Assembly: GCA_018304425.1 (NCBI GenBank)
Contig: JAGVWE010000002.1
Span: forward strand, 224,001 to 288,000
Source of the DNA: Candidatus Iainarchaeum sp.
GTDB taxonomy: Archaea > Iainarchaeota > Iainarchaeia > Iainarchaeales > UBA10219
Direction: 5' to 3'
DNA length: 64,000 bases
Program-made: the position numbers and the translations under genes
The notes under the pieces: model-generated
The model's input: only the letters and a program-made list of their open reading frames with translations
What the model was told of the DNA's origin: nothing
The model's database searches: none
Shown: in pieces, positions 9,373-19,218 of the stretch
Layout of the letters: the number at the start of each line of letters is the position of its first letter
How positions within the stretch are numbered: position 1 is the stretch's first letter

Positions 9373-10134
9373 ATGCAGGACGTCCTGGCAGAGGCGTGGA
9401 GAGAGTACCGGCACAACTTCAAGACCGGGCTCGCCTTCCTGTTGCTGCTGGTGTTCGTGCTGCCCTTCCTCTACCTGCACGGGTTCTACTTCTCGAGCGG
9501 CTCGGTCTTCGCGGACTACGACTTCGCGAAACTCGGCGTCGCGGAGCTGGTGGTTTCCCTGCTGGCCCTGCTCGCGTTCCTGTTCGCGTACTCTGTTTTT
9601 TTGACGCTCACCGTGTTCGCCGTGCGGAAGCGGTACAGCGCCGTGAAAGTGCATTATTTCTTGAGCGAGCAAATCCACAAGTTCGCGTTCAAGGTGTTCG
9701 CCTACCTAGTCATCGTGCTGGCGGCCGCGTGGCTGCTGGGCTGGGTGTGGCTGAGCCTCGGCCTCCCCATGGCGTGGCTGAGCGTGCTCTGGTTGCTGGT
9801 GGCGGTTGCGTTGATGTTCGTGCCGCAAGCCATTGTCATCGACGAACAAGACCTGCCCACGAGCATCGAGCGGGGCATTGAATTCGAGGCCAAGCACAAG
9901 AAGGACCTGGCAACGGTGCTGGCAACCGGGTTCGGGTTGACGATGGCGTTGGTGGGCGTGGAGTTTGTGGTGGACTACTATTTCTTCGTGGGCCGGTATG
10001 CGGCCCTCGTGCTCTCCCTGTTGTTCGTCATGCCCTTCTTCGAGGTGCTGAAGTCCATCCTCTACCTGCGCAAGTTCGAGTTGGTGCGAAGAGCCTACCA
10101 CGCGCACAAGCCCAGACACCATAAAAGCCGTTAA
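9373..10134 (+). CDS. Hypothetical multi-pass membrane protein
   Basis: About 6 hydrophobic segments; TTTTATT upstream. Confidence 0.75.
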   Translation: MQDVLAEAWREYRHNFKTGLAFLLLLVFVLPFLYLHGFYFSSGSVFADYDFAKLGVAELVVSLLALLAFLFAYSVFLTLTVFAVRKRYSAVKVHYFLSEQIHKFAFKVFAYLVIVLAAAWLLGWVWLSLGLPMAWLSVLWLLVAVALMFVPQAIVIDEQDLPTSIERGIEFEAKHKKDLATVLATGFGLTMALVGVEFVVDYYFFVGRYAALVLSLLFVMPFFEVLKSILYLRKFELVRRAYHAHKPRHHKSR

Positions 10135-11849
10135 TTCCCTGTCTTAGGGGCTTCGGCAGGGGTTGGCGCTGACACGGGTTGCTTCATGAAGGTGATGAGC
10201 CGCGTGTTCTCGCCGAGGAACTCCTCGAGTTCCGAGCGCGTGGAAGCCATGTTCCGGAACACGAGCCGCTTCTTCGAGGTCGCGTTGAAGCGCTGGAACT
10301 CCTGTTGGACTTTCCTGGGCTCGGCGACGAAGCCGAGTTTCTCGGAGAGGTGCGCGGCAAACCGGTTGGTCGAGGCGTCATTGCGTTGCGCGGAAAACGA
10401 CCAGGACTCATCGAGGGCCCCGCACAGCTCGGCGAGGATGGACTGGGCTTCCTCCGCGTACTCTTTCTCAGAGAGGCCCTCCCGGAACGCGCGCGGTGCG
10501 TCAAACAAGCCGAACAAGTCCAGGGAATTGCCCGCCGAGGAAATGCCTGGCTCCAGGTGTTGGAGGTACACCCGGGACTTCAGGGTCTCGGCCTTGAGTT
10601 GGGCGAGCGAGGCCAGCGAGGAACAGAGTTCGTTGAGGCGGGCGTCGAACTGCTTCCGGCTGTCCTTGAATGACAGGGCCTGGAGGAGGAGGTTCAGCGA
10701 GGCATCGAAGGCAAGGAACGAGCTTGCATGCGAGCGCAGGCCGTTGAAGGGCCGGAAGGCCGAGGCACGGCAGTTCAGGAGATTCATTTTGCAGTCCGAG
10801 AACAAGCGGTTGTCCAAGAGCTTCAACTGGTACTTGCTTTCAACGCAGGTCACGAGGTCGAACCGCATGCCCTCGATGCCCTCGCAATAGACTCGAATGA
10901 ATTCGTTGGCGAAGTCAAAGGCCTGGTTGGACTGCTTGGAAAAGCCTTCCAGGTGCTCGCGAACGAACAAGTCCAGGCCCACCGAAGGCCGGGCAAAGGC
11001 CTGGGACGAAACCGGGTATAAAGCGTTTAAAACCCGGCATAAGAGGGTTGCGGCCGCTTTCAGGTTCTTCTTCCCCCGGGGCAACTGCCTGGACACCAGG
11101 ACGTTCAAGGCGTTGAGGTTCAGGGGAAGCGAGTGAAGGGGCTGCAACCTCGAAAAGTGTTCGACGAGGTCGGCCACGGCCGAACCCATGGAATCGCCGG
11201 AAAAAACGGGTTCCACGGAACAAGCCAGGGGCCTCGTGGAAAAGTCTTCCACGTGGGAAACGGAATAGTCGCAGGAAAAATGGAACTGCCGTTCCCTGGC
11301 AGGGATTACCTGCAACCAGTTGAATTCGAGGAGGACTTCCCTGTTGGCGAACGGCTCGTTCTCGATTTTTTTCCTCACCTCATAGACCGGCAGGCCCACG
11401 CGTGTGTACTGATTATGAATGGCTTCGTGGCCGTACTCGAGGAGCTTGACGTCCGCCATCTCCCGGATGAGCGGCGTGTTCAGGTAATTGATGTCCAGGT
11501 CCTTCACCTTGTCCTCGACCTCCGAGCCGATTTTTTCCGCGACCCCCCGCGTGATGTCGGTTTCCCGCAGAAGCGACTTGATGATGTTGCCCCGGTCAAA
11601 GGCCTCCATGCGTTCCGCGGACGTGTAGACGTGCAGCTTGTTGAAGGAGGCGTAGACCTGCGCGGCCCGCGGGTTCACGGTTTCCAGGAGCTGCAGGGTC
11701 TTGCGGCGCAAGCCGTCCAGGTTCATGTCCTGTTCCTCGCCGAGGGCCTTGATGATTTTGAGGACGTCCCACTTGCTGCAACCGGCTTCCTCGACTTCCT
11801 TGGCGATGAGTTGCACCGCGGTCCTGACGGGCTGCCCGGATTGCTCCAT
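10131..11849 (-). CDS. ATP-cone protein derived from anaerobic ribonucleotide reductase NrdD, apparently inactive
   Basis: Archaeal NrdD-type cone (YTSAERMEAFDRGNIIKSLLRET...LNTPLIREM...KLLEYG...YTRVGLPVY), a degenerate barrel, and no C-terminal Zn site or RxxGY. Confidence 0.75.
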   Translation of the reverse strand: MEQSGQPVRTAVQLIAKEVEEAGCSKWDVLKIIKALGEEQDMNLDGLRRKTLQLLETVNPRAAQVYASFNKLHVYTSAERMEAFDRGNIIKSLLRETDITRGVAEKIGSEVEDKVKDLDINYLNTPLIREMADVKLLEYGHEAIHNQYTRVGLPVYEVRKKIENEPFANREVLLEFNWLQVIPARERQFHFSCDYSVSHVEDFSTRPLACSVEPVFSGDSMGSAVADLVEHFSRLQPLHSLPLNLNALNVLVSRQLPRGKKNLKAAATLLCRVLNALYPVSSQAFARPSVGLDLFVREHLEGFSKQSNQAFDFANEFIRVYCEGIEGMRFDLVTCVESKYQLKLLDNRLFSDCKMNLLNCRASAFRPFNGLRSHASSFLAFDASLNLLLQALSFKDSRKQFDARLNELCSSLASLAQLKAETLKSRVYLQHLEPGISSAGNSLDLFGLFDAPRAFREGLSEKEYAEEAQSILAELCGALDESWSFSAQRNDASTNRFAAHLSEKLGFVAEPRKVQQEFQRFNATSKKRLVFRNMASTRSELEEFLGENTRLITFMKQPVSAPTPAEAPKTGN

Positions 11850-11950
11850 GAAGGGGTTTGGGCGCAAAAAATGCTTTAAATGGTGGGATGGGCCTTCGAA
11901 AAGCAAACTTTTTATACTGTAGCATGTTTGAATTGTAAAAGGTGCGTGGC

Positions 11951-12424
11951 TTGACGGTTTCACTTGACAAGATTGACCACATGATCATCCAGCGGCTCCT
12001 GGAAGACGGCCGGGTCTCGTTTTCCGCGGTCGCCAAGGAAGTCAGCCTCACGGACGTCGCGATCAAGAAGCGGGTGGACCGGCTCAAGCGGAAGGGCGTC
12101 ATCAACGCGATTACGGCTGACTTGAACCTGAAAGTGCTGGGCTACGAGAACCCCATCTACATCCAGATGCGCACCGAGCTCAGCAAGAACAAGGACGTCA
12201 TCAAGAAGCTCAAGGAATTCGACTTCATCTCGGAACTGTACCAGGTGCTGGGGGAATACAACCTGCTGGGCAAGCTCGTGGTGCCGGATTTGGACGCGGC
12301 CGAGAAATTCATCGGAAAGCTCGGCTTATTGGACGGCATCCTGGACATCAAGACCCAGGTCATCATCTCGGAGTTGAAGAAAACCAATTCCCTGCCGAGC
12401 CAGACCCTGCAGAAGACGCTTTGA
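11951..12424 (+). CDS. Lrp/AsnC family transcriptional regulator
   Basis: LDKIDHMIIQRLLEDGRVSFSAVAKEVSLT HTH and a C-terminal RAM domain. Confidence 0.9.
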   Translation: MTVSLDKIDHMIIQRLLEDGRVSFSAVAKEVSLTDVAIKKRVDRLKRKGVINAITADLNLKVLGYENPIYIQMRTELSKNKDVIKKLKEFDFISELYQVLGEYNLLGKLVVPDLDAAEKFIGKLGLLDGILDIKTQVIISELKKTNSLPSQTLQKTL

Positions 12425-12498
12425 ACGCGGCCGCGTTCCCGCATCCCGCATTCCCTTTTATAACTCCTACCGGTGGAATGAATTAGATTGGTGTCTGG

Positions 12499-15400
12499 TT
12501 GAAGGTCATCGTAAGCGAGAAAGCCATTGCGGGGCGGAGGATTGCCTCGATTCTCGCGGGCAGGGAAGTGCCGCAGTCCACGGAGGGAAAGGCGCCGGTC
12601 TTCTTGTTTGACAAGGACGGCGAAGAGTTCGTGGTCGTGCCCCTGCGCGGGCACATCGTGGACGTGGACTTCCCCAAGCGGTACAGTTACTGGCTTGGAA
12701 CCGACTTGAAGCAGTTGAACAACGCGGAAATCGAGTACGTGGCCACCGAGAAAGAGATTGCCGCTGCCCTCAAAAAGGTGGGCAAAAACGCGGAAGAAGC
12801 CATCATTGCCACGGACGCCGACCGCGAAGGCGAAGCCATTGGCGTCGAGGCCCTGCGGTTCATCCAGGAAGCCAACCCCAAGATACGCGTCAAAAGGGCC
12901 CTTTTCTCGGCGATTACCCCCAAGGACATCCAGGACGCGTTCGCCCAACCCGTCGAGGTGGACCACCACCTGGCGGACTCCGCGGACTCGCGCCGGGAAA
13001 TCGACTTGATTTGGGGCGCGGTCTTGACGCGGTTCATCTCCCTGGTGTCGGGGAGGCTGGGCAAGGAATTCCTCTCCGCGGGGAGGGTGCAGACGCCATC
13101 GGTTGATTATGCGGACGATTTGGTGGTCAAGTCCAGCGAAGGAAACGTCTCCATAGTGAAAATCGGTGCGTTTTGTGAGCGCTTCCTGGATAAACAGAAA
13201 CAGGAAATCGCCGGCTGCGAAGTGTACGACGTAAAATCCGAGGGCTTTGAAGCGTTTTCCTTCAATCCATTGACGTTAACGCTGGAGTTCAAGCCGTTGA
13301 CTGCCGTGGTGAGGCATCGACACGAGGAAGACTTGGTGAAAGTTGGTCTGGAGACGGGCCGTTGGACGCGAATAACCGGCACCCATTCCATTTTCGTGTT
13401 ACGGGACTCCAAGATAGAAATAGTGGTTGGCGGGGAACTACGAGAAGGAGACTTGGTACTGGCCCCGAAATGTATGCCGAGCCAGCCCGCTATTACCGAA
13501 ATAGACCTGCCGCACGCATTCAAGGCGCTCCCCCAAGAAGTGCAGGAAAAGGTCTTTATCACGGAGGCATTCATCCGAAAACGCGTGAGCCTCACGGACG
13601 CAGGCAGGAAATTCCTCAAAATGGCAAGAAAGGGGGCGGTAAGCGCTTATGGCTGCCTAAGCTCAACCATTTCCCAATGGGAAACGGGGAAAAAGAAAAG
13701 CGTGTCCTACCCGTTGCTCGCGAGGTATTTGCAAGCGCTAGGGCATGGTATGGAGTGGTTCTTGGCCAGCGAACTGGGCATGCTCGAGACACCGGTGAGG
13801 CAAGTGCTTTCGGTAGCCGAGTGGCATGCGAACGAAAGGTGCGCACACCTGGGCGAAAAGGCCAAGCTGTGCAGATACGATTATCGGTGGGCTTCTCCCC
13901 TGCATTTGCCGGTCACGAAGGAACTCATGCGCCTCATAGGGTACTACTTGGCGGAAGGGTCGCACGCGGGGCGCAACCTGAGCTTGGATTTCGGCCCGTC
14001 GGAAAATGCCTTGGCCGCGGATGCCGTGAATTGCATTGCCGCAGTATTCGGCAGAACACCAAAAATACATCGGAAACCAACTTCACTGCACATCAATTTT
14101 GGCGGGCATTTCGGGAAAACACTCTTCATGGACGTCTTAAAACTTGGGGAAAACGCGAGGCGCAAGGCACTTCCGAGCCTGGCATTCAACGTGGCAGACG
14201 AAATGAAAAAAGAACTCTTACATGGCTACTTTGAGGGAGACGGCAATTATTCCACCTCCGGGCAACTCCTGTGCCAGACGGCGTCGGAAGGCCTGGCATC
14301 CGGGCTCCTGTACTTGCTACTGCAACTGGGCATCCTTGCCACTTGCTCGCCCACCACAAACACGAGCCCCTTGCCCAACCAACCACCCGGAGGCATCAAA
14401 CCCAGGCACGGATTCAAAGTACGCGTGTCAGGAAAGCACAATCTCGAAAGGGCGCTGGAAATCGTTCCAGCACGCCACAAAGAACGAGTGCTCGCGTACC
14501 TTCAAGGTCAGACCACGCGATGCGGGTTTGACGGCATCCCCATTCACGAAACCGGACTCTCCCGGGTGTGGCCAAAGCTTTCATCAAACCACGCGCAACG
14601 GATAGGCAGCCAAGCGCTCCAAACACTTGTGGAAACAAAGGGGAACCGGCTTGCCTCCATTCAAATCCAACGATTGCAATGCCTTGCCAAAAGCGATTTG
14701 GCGTTTCTCCGGGTCAACCGCGTGGAACGCGTGAAGCCAACCACGCCATTCGTGTTCGATGTCAGCGTGGAAGACAACGAAAACTTTGTCGGCGGCCATG
14801 GAGGTGTTATACTGCACAACACCCTCGCGCTCATCGTCGACCGGGAGAAGGAACGCAAGGCGTTTAACAAGCAAAAGTTCTGGGTGTTGAACGCGGTCTT
14901 CGAAAAGGACCGGAAGCCATTCGAAGCAGAGCACAAGAGCGGGAGGTTCTGGGAGAAAGCCGAGGCCGAGAAAGCGTTCGGCGTCCGGGAAGCGAAGCAT
15001 GGAAAAGTAACCAAGGTGAGCAGCCAGAAGCGCAGCATCGCGAAACCCATTCCCTTCAACACCACGGGTTTCCTGCGCTCGGCCTCCGCCATCGGTTTCA
15101 CGGCCGGGGAGGCCATGAACTGCGCGGAAACCCTTTACCAGATGGGTTTGACTTCCTATCCCCGCACGGACAACACGGTGTACTCCAAGAACCTGGACTT
15201 GAAAGCGGTTTTGCAGGAACTCGGGAAGTGCGTGGAGCTCTCGGCCGAGGTGCAGAAAATCCTGGCCCTGGGACGGATTGACCCCTCGGCTGGCAAGGAG
15301 TCCAAGGACCATCCCCCCATCCACCCGGTGAGCGCCGCACAGAAGGGCAAGCTGGCGGAAAGGCAGTGGAAAATCTATGAACTGATTGTCAGAAGGTTCC

Positions 15401-16338
15401 TGGCCACGCTGTCCGAGGACGCGGAAACCATGAACCAGGCGGTCGACATCGACCTAGAGGGCGAGGCGTTCGTGGCCAGGGGCCAGCTCATCCTCAAGAA
15501 GGGGTGGAAGGAGTTTTACCCCTACTCGCAGTTGAACGAAGTGATTCTGCCGGAGCTGAGGGAACGAGACGTGGTGGACTTGAAGAAGCTGGACCTGCTG
15601 GAAAAGGAGACTGAACCGCCCGCGCGCTATTCGCAGGGCTCGCTCATCAAGCTCATGGAGGACAATGGCTTGGGCACGAAGGCAACCCGGCACGAAATCA
15701 TCCGGAAGCTGTACGCGCGGGCCTACATCCATGGCTTGAAGGCCCTGGAACCCAATGAGATCGCGTTCTCCGTGACGGAGGTCCTGGAAAAGTATGCGGC
15801 TGGCCTCGCCAAGCCCAAGATGACGGCCGAGCTCGAAAACGAAATGGACTTGATTGCCGCGGGCAAGAAGACGAAAAAGGAAGTGGTCGAGGATTCGCGG
15901 CGGCTGTTGCTGGCCAGCCTCGAAGAGCTCTTGAAGAACAAGGCCGACATCGGCCTGGAGTTGCGGAAGGCCCTGCAAGCAGATTCGTTGTTCGGGAAAT
16001 GCGACCGGTGCGGGCAACTCCTCCGCAAAATCAAGTCCCGCAACAACAAGTGGTTCCTGGGCTGCACGGGTTACCCCAAGTGCACGAACACCTACCCCCT
16101 GCCGCAAAACGGGAAGATCACGCCGTTGAGCGTTCCATGCCCTGACTGCGGCAAGCCGACTTTCAGGGTGCAGGGGCAGCGGTACAGGTACGAGATGTGC
16201 GTGGACCCAGCGTGCCCGTCCAAGAAGGACTGGAAGACGAAGGCCAAGAAAATGGCGGCCGATGGGGGCGGGGAAAAACCGGAAGAAGAGGTCGTGACGG
16301 AAAGCGAGAAACAGGAACTCGAAGAAGACCTCTCGTGA
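12499..16338 (+). CDS. topA: Type IA DNA topoisomerase with intein
   Basis: Toprim (SEK, ATDADREGE), GRVQTP, catalytic SYPRTD, GLGTKATR and C-terminal Zn ribbons. Confidence 0.95.
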   Translation: MKVIVSEKAIAGRRIASILAGREVPQSTEGKAPVFLFDKDGEEFVVVPLRGHIVDVDFPKRYSYWLGTDLKQLNNAEIEYVATEKEIAAALKKVGKNAEEAIIATDADREGEAIGVEALRFIQEANPKIRVKRALFSAITPKDIQDAFAQPVEVDHHLADSADSRREIDLIWGAVLTRFISLVSGRLGKEFLSAGRVQTPSVDYADDLVVKSSEGNVSIVKIGAFCERFLDKQKQEIAGCEVYDVKSEGFEAFSFNPLTLTLEFKPLTAVVRHRHEEDLVKVGLETGRWTRITGTHSIFVLRDSKIEIVVGGELREGDLVLAPKCMPSQPAITEIDLPHAFKALPQEVQEKVFITEAFIRKRVSLTDAGRKFLKMARKGAVSAYGCLSSTISQWETGKKKSVSYPLLARYLQALGHGMEWFLASELGMLETPVRQVLSVAEWHANERCAHLGEKAKLCRYDYRWASPLHLPVTKELMRLIGYYLAEGSHAGRNLSLDFGPSENALAADAVNCIAAVFGRTPKIHRKPTSLHINFGGHFGKTLFMDVLKLGENARRKALPSLAFNVADEMKKELLHGYFEGDGNYSTSGQLLCQTASEGLASGLLYLLLQLGILATCSPTTNTSPLPNQPPGGIKPRHGFKVRVSGKHNLERALEIVPARHKERVLAYLQGQTTRCGFDGIPIHETGLSRVWPKLSSNHAQRIGSQALQTLVETKGNRLASIQIQRLQCLAKSDLAFLRVNRVERVKPTTPFVFDVSVEDNENFVGGHGGVILHNTLALIVDREKERKAFNKQKFWVLNAVFEKDRKPFEAEHKSGRFWEKAEAEKAFGVREAKHGKVTKVSSQKRSIAKPIPFNTTGFLRSASAIGFTAGEAMNCAETLYQMGLTSYPRTDNTVYSKNLDLKAVLQELGKCVELSAEVQKILALGRIDPSAGKESKDHPPIHPVSAAQKGKLAERQWKIYELIVRRFLATLSEDAETMNQAVDIDLEGEAFVARGQLILKKGWKEFYPYSQLNEVILPELRERDVVDLKKLDLLEKETEPPARYSQGSLIKLMEDNGLGTKATRHEIIRKLYARAYIHGLKALEPNEIAFSVTEVLEKYAAGLAKPKMTAELENEMDLIAAGKKTKKEVVEDSRRLLLASLEELLKNKADIGLELRKALQADSLFGKCDRCGQLLRKIKSRNNKWFLGCTGYPKCTNTYPLPQNGKITPLSVPCPDCGKPTFRVQGQRYRYEMCVDPACPSKKDWKTKAKKMAADGGGEKPEEEVVTESEKQELEEDLS
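13099..14820 (+). mobile_element. Intein (574 aa) with LAGLIDADG homing endonuclease in topA
   Basis: GRVQTP|SVDY...ITGTHS (block B)...LIGYYLAEGS...LHGYFEGDG...VFDVSV...ILHN|TLAL. Removing it restores GRVQTPTLALIV. Confidence 0.92.
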
Positions 16339-16450
16339 GGGAACTGGTTTTGAAAGTCGGGAAGGAACGGATTTTGAAAAAAAATGGCTGGGGGGTTAAG
16401 TGGAAGAACTGAGTGTCTTGGTGAGCCTAACCCCCGCACCACCTTTTTTT

Positions 16451-16477
16451 GCTCCGGCATTGCTTTCCTGCCGGAGC
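16451..16477 (+). terminator. Hairpin flanked by T runs downstream of topA
   Basis: GCTCCGGCA-N9-TGCCGGAGC perfect 9-bp stem. Confidence 0.5.
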
Positions 16478-16624
16478 GTTTTCTAGGATTGGATCCCCCT
16501 GAAATTTTTACTACACATATATGGGCCTGTCCAGGGATTTAAAAATTTACCGACTTTGGGTGTACTAAATGAGGCATATTGGTTTAAATTAGTATATAGA
16601 TAAGACATTAATAGAGGTAAACGA

Positions 16625-17167
16625 ATGGCGCTGGTCATGCGGGTGGATGACGAAATCCGGCTCAAGATACTGGATGCTTTGCTGAAGAAGCGGTCCGTAA
16701 TCCCGAACATCCGCCAGATCCAGAAGTACACGGGCTTCCACAAGGCCACCATCAAGTCCTCGCTGGACTTCCTCCTGCGCGAGGGCCTGCTGCAGGGGTT
16801 CGGCCCGAAACTCGACTTCAAGAAGCTGGGCTACAAACTCGAGGTGCGGTCGTTTTTCCAGATGGACATGTCGGACAAGAAGCTGTTCGACGAGATGATG
16901 AAGGCCATGGCCGAGGATCCCAACCTCTACCGCGCGACGGCGGTCATCGGCTCGGGCAACTGGAACATGATGGTGAGCCACATCTACCGGGACGTGGAAT
17001 CGTATCACAAGGGAATCATGGAAAAGTATTACCAGAAGATTCCCGGCATCTACAAGGCCATCAAGGACCGGCAGATATTCTATGTCACGGACCCCTCCTA
17101 CAAGAACGAGTCAAGGACCGATTCAGTCATTGAAATCATCAAAACCGAAAAGGGCTTCCAGTTCTAG
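16625..17167 (+). CDS. Lrp/AsnC-like winged-helix regulator
   Basis: VDDEIRLKILDALL...wHTH, LDFKKLGY linker and a RAM-like C-terminus. Confidence 0.75.
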   Translation: MALVMRVDDEIRLKILDALLKKRSVIPNIRQIQKYTGFHKATIKSSLDFLLREGLLQGFGPKLDFKKLGYKLEVRSFFQMDMSDKKLFDEMMKAMAEDPNLYRATAVIGSGNWNMMVSHIYRDVESYHKGIMEKYYQKIPGIYKAIKDRQIFYVTDPSYKNESRTDSVIEIIKTEKGFQF

Positions 17168-17175
17168 GCGGGGGA

Positions 17176-18003
17176 ATGGCGTTGCGCATCCAGTTGAACC
17201 TTGACAAGAGCCTCCAGGAGAATGCGTCCGCCTATTATGCGCTGGGCAAGAAGGCGAAAAAAAAGCTCGAAGGCGTGAAAAAGGCGCTGGAGGCCACGAA
17301 GCAGCGCATGCAGAGGGCCATGGCGGAAAAAGAGGCCGGGGAGCGCCGGCCGAAGATGGCACGGAAGCGGAAAAAGCAGTGGTTTGAGAAATTCCACTGG
17401 TTTTTATCCTCGGACGGGCTGCTGGTCATCGCGGGAAGGGATGCCAGGCAAAACGAGGCCGTGGTCAAGAAGCACATGGAGGACCACGATCTGTACTTTC
17501 ACGCCGAAATCGTGGGCGCGCCGCACACCGTGGTGAAGACCGAGAAAAAGCAGGCCGGTGAGGCCACGAAGCGGGAGGCCGCCCAGTTTGCCGCCGTGTT
17601 CTCAAAGGCATGGGCCTTGAAGCAGGGCCACGTCGACGTGTACGCGGTCAAGCCGGAGCAGGTCAGCAAAAAGGCCCCGACCGGGGAAGCCATGGGCACG
17701 GGGGCGTTCATGATTTACGGGAAACGCGAGTGGTTTCGGAAGACGAGGCTGGAGTTCGCGGTCGGCGTGAAACGGGAAGGCGAGTGCCTGGCCGTGCTAT
17801 CGGGCCCTGAAACCGCGGTGAAAGCGCAGAGCCTGGCGTGGGCGAAGCTCGTGCTCGGCGAGGACCGGAAAAGCGAGGCCGCCAAGAAGCTGAAGAAGCA
17901 GTTCGAGGAAAAACTGGCCAAGCAGGGCGTGGAAGGCGAGGTCAGCCTCGATGAGTTGGTGGCCATGCTGCCGTCAGACAACATACGAATTGAGTGGCCT
18001 TGA
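17176..18003 (+). CDS. NFACT-R domain protein (short Rqc2/RqcH-like)
   Basis: SLQENASAYY coiled coil, WFEKFHWF, AGRDARQNE, FHAEIVGAP, QVSKKAPTGE and GAFMIYGKR. Confidence 0.85.
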   Translation: MALRIQLNLDKSLQENASAYYALGKKAKKKLEGVKKALEATKQRMQRAMAEKEAGERRPKMARKRKKQWFEKFHWFLSSDGLLVIAGRDARQNEAVVKKHMEDHDLYFHAEIVGAPHTVVKTEKKQAGEATKREAAQFAAVFSKAWALKQGHVDVYAVKPEQVSKKAPTGEAMGTGAFMIYGKREWFRKTRLEFAVGVKREGECLAVLSGPETAVKAQSLAWAKLVLGEDRKSEAAKKLKKQFEEKLAKQGVEGEVSLDELVAMLPSDNIRIEWP

Positions 18004-18054
18004 ACGGTGCCCTGAACGCAAGCCTTTTATTGAGTGAAAGCGTTACCTCTACGC

Positions 18055-19161
18055 ATGCGGGTGAAAACGGCTGTTCTGCTGGTGTTACTGGTTGCCCTGG
18101 TAATAGCCGTTGGCTGCACGGCCTTGCCTGCCCCCTCTCGGCAGGCGGCGAAACCCGTGCAGGCAAAGCCCTTGGCGGTTTCCCCAGAGGAACCAAAGCC
18201 AGTGGTTGAGGCGACGATGCCCGCGCCTCCGACAACGGCCAGGGAGTGCAGCGTGGACGAGGACTGTGCTGACTCCATTGCCTGCACCTATGATTTCTGC
18301 GAGCAGGGTTCGGCGACCGCGGAATGCCGGCACCTAAACATAGGCGTCTGCGTTGGGAACGACGAGTGTTGCCCGGCCGGCTGCACCCATGCCGAGGACC
18401 GCGATTGCCCGGAAACGCAAACCCCGCCGGCGCCGGCTCCGCTGCCAACGACTGCAAGCGTGCCGGGCCAGCCCACGGTGGCGGGAGTGCCGGTGGCGCC
18501 TGCGGAAGGCGAGTTGTTTGCCTGCGGGCGGGACGCGGACTGCACGCTGACGGTGAATGGAGCCTGTGACGGTGCGTTGTCCGTCAACAAAGCCTGGCTA
18601 AGTTACTGGCATGAGCAGGCCGTGAAACAGTGGGTGGCAGCCGGTGCACGTGCCTGCAACGAAGCCCAGTACACGCAGGGCTTCCAGCCCTACTGCTATC
18701 AGGGCAAATGCGCGAAGCGCACGGTGCTTAAGCCAAAAAACGCCAGTACCTCCGTGAGTTCAACCAGCTCAACTCCTCCCACCCAGCAAACCCAGGCAGA
18801 CCCCTATGCGTTGACGACTGGAACCTCCCAGGAGTTCGCCATCGACGAGAAGTATGCGGTGTTCTGGGGAACCGGCCCCTATGCGGGCAAGAAACTCCAG
18901 CTATTGCTCAAGAACCTTGTGCGTGGCCCGGATGGCGGGCTTGCCTATGCCGTATTCAACGTGGTGGACGTGGCCAGTGGCAGGACCCTGAGCGTCAAAG
19001 ACCCCAACAGCGGGAGCATCGGGACCAGCTTTTTCGTTCACAACGTGAGCGGCTACTACTTCGCGCCCCTGGATGCACAGAATAGCCCCTTCATGGCAAA
19101 GGAATTCAGCCTCCTCGGCGAAGGCAGCACCTCGAACGTCGTGAGGGTTGCTTGGCGGTAG
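18055..19161 (+). CDS. Cys-rich secreted or lipoprotein-anchored surface protein
   Basis: Lipobox-like LVIAVGC; CSVDEDC...CTYDFC and NDECCPAGC...DRDC modules separated by Pro/Thr linkers. Confidence 0.75.
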   Translation: MRVKTAVLLVLLVALVIAVGCTALPAPSRQAAKPVQAKPLAVSPEEPKPVVEATMPAPPTTARECSVDEDCADSIACTYDFCEQGSATAECRHLNIGVCVGNDECCPAGCTHAEDRDCPETQTPPAPAPLPTTASVPGQPTVAGVPVAPAEGELFACGRDADCTLTVNGACDGALSVNKAWLSYWHEQAVKQWVAAGARACNEAQYTQGFQPYCYQGKCAKRTVLKPKNASTSVSSTSSTPPTQQTQADPYALTTGTSQEFAIDEKYAVFWGTGPYAGKKLQLLLKNLVRGPDGGLAYAVFNVVDVASGRTLSVKDPNSGSIGTSFFVHNVSGYYFAPLDAQNSPFMAKEFSLLGEGSTSNVVRVAWR

Positions 19162-19218
19162 CGGCCATCTCAACCTTCTTAAATTATTCTGTTTATAGTG
19201 GGAGTAGAGCGTGTTTGC

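Noticed and set aside
16335-16460. Short ORFs after topA on both strands
   Set aside because: Composition looks like intergenic or terminator sequence, and there is no convincing coding signal.
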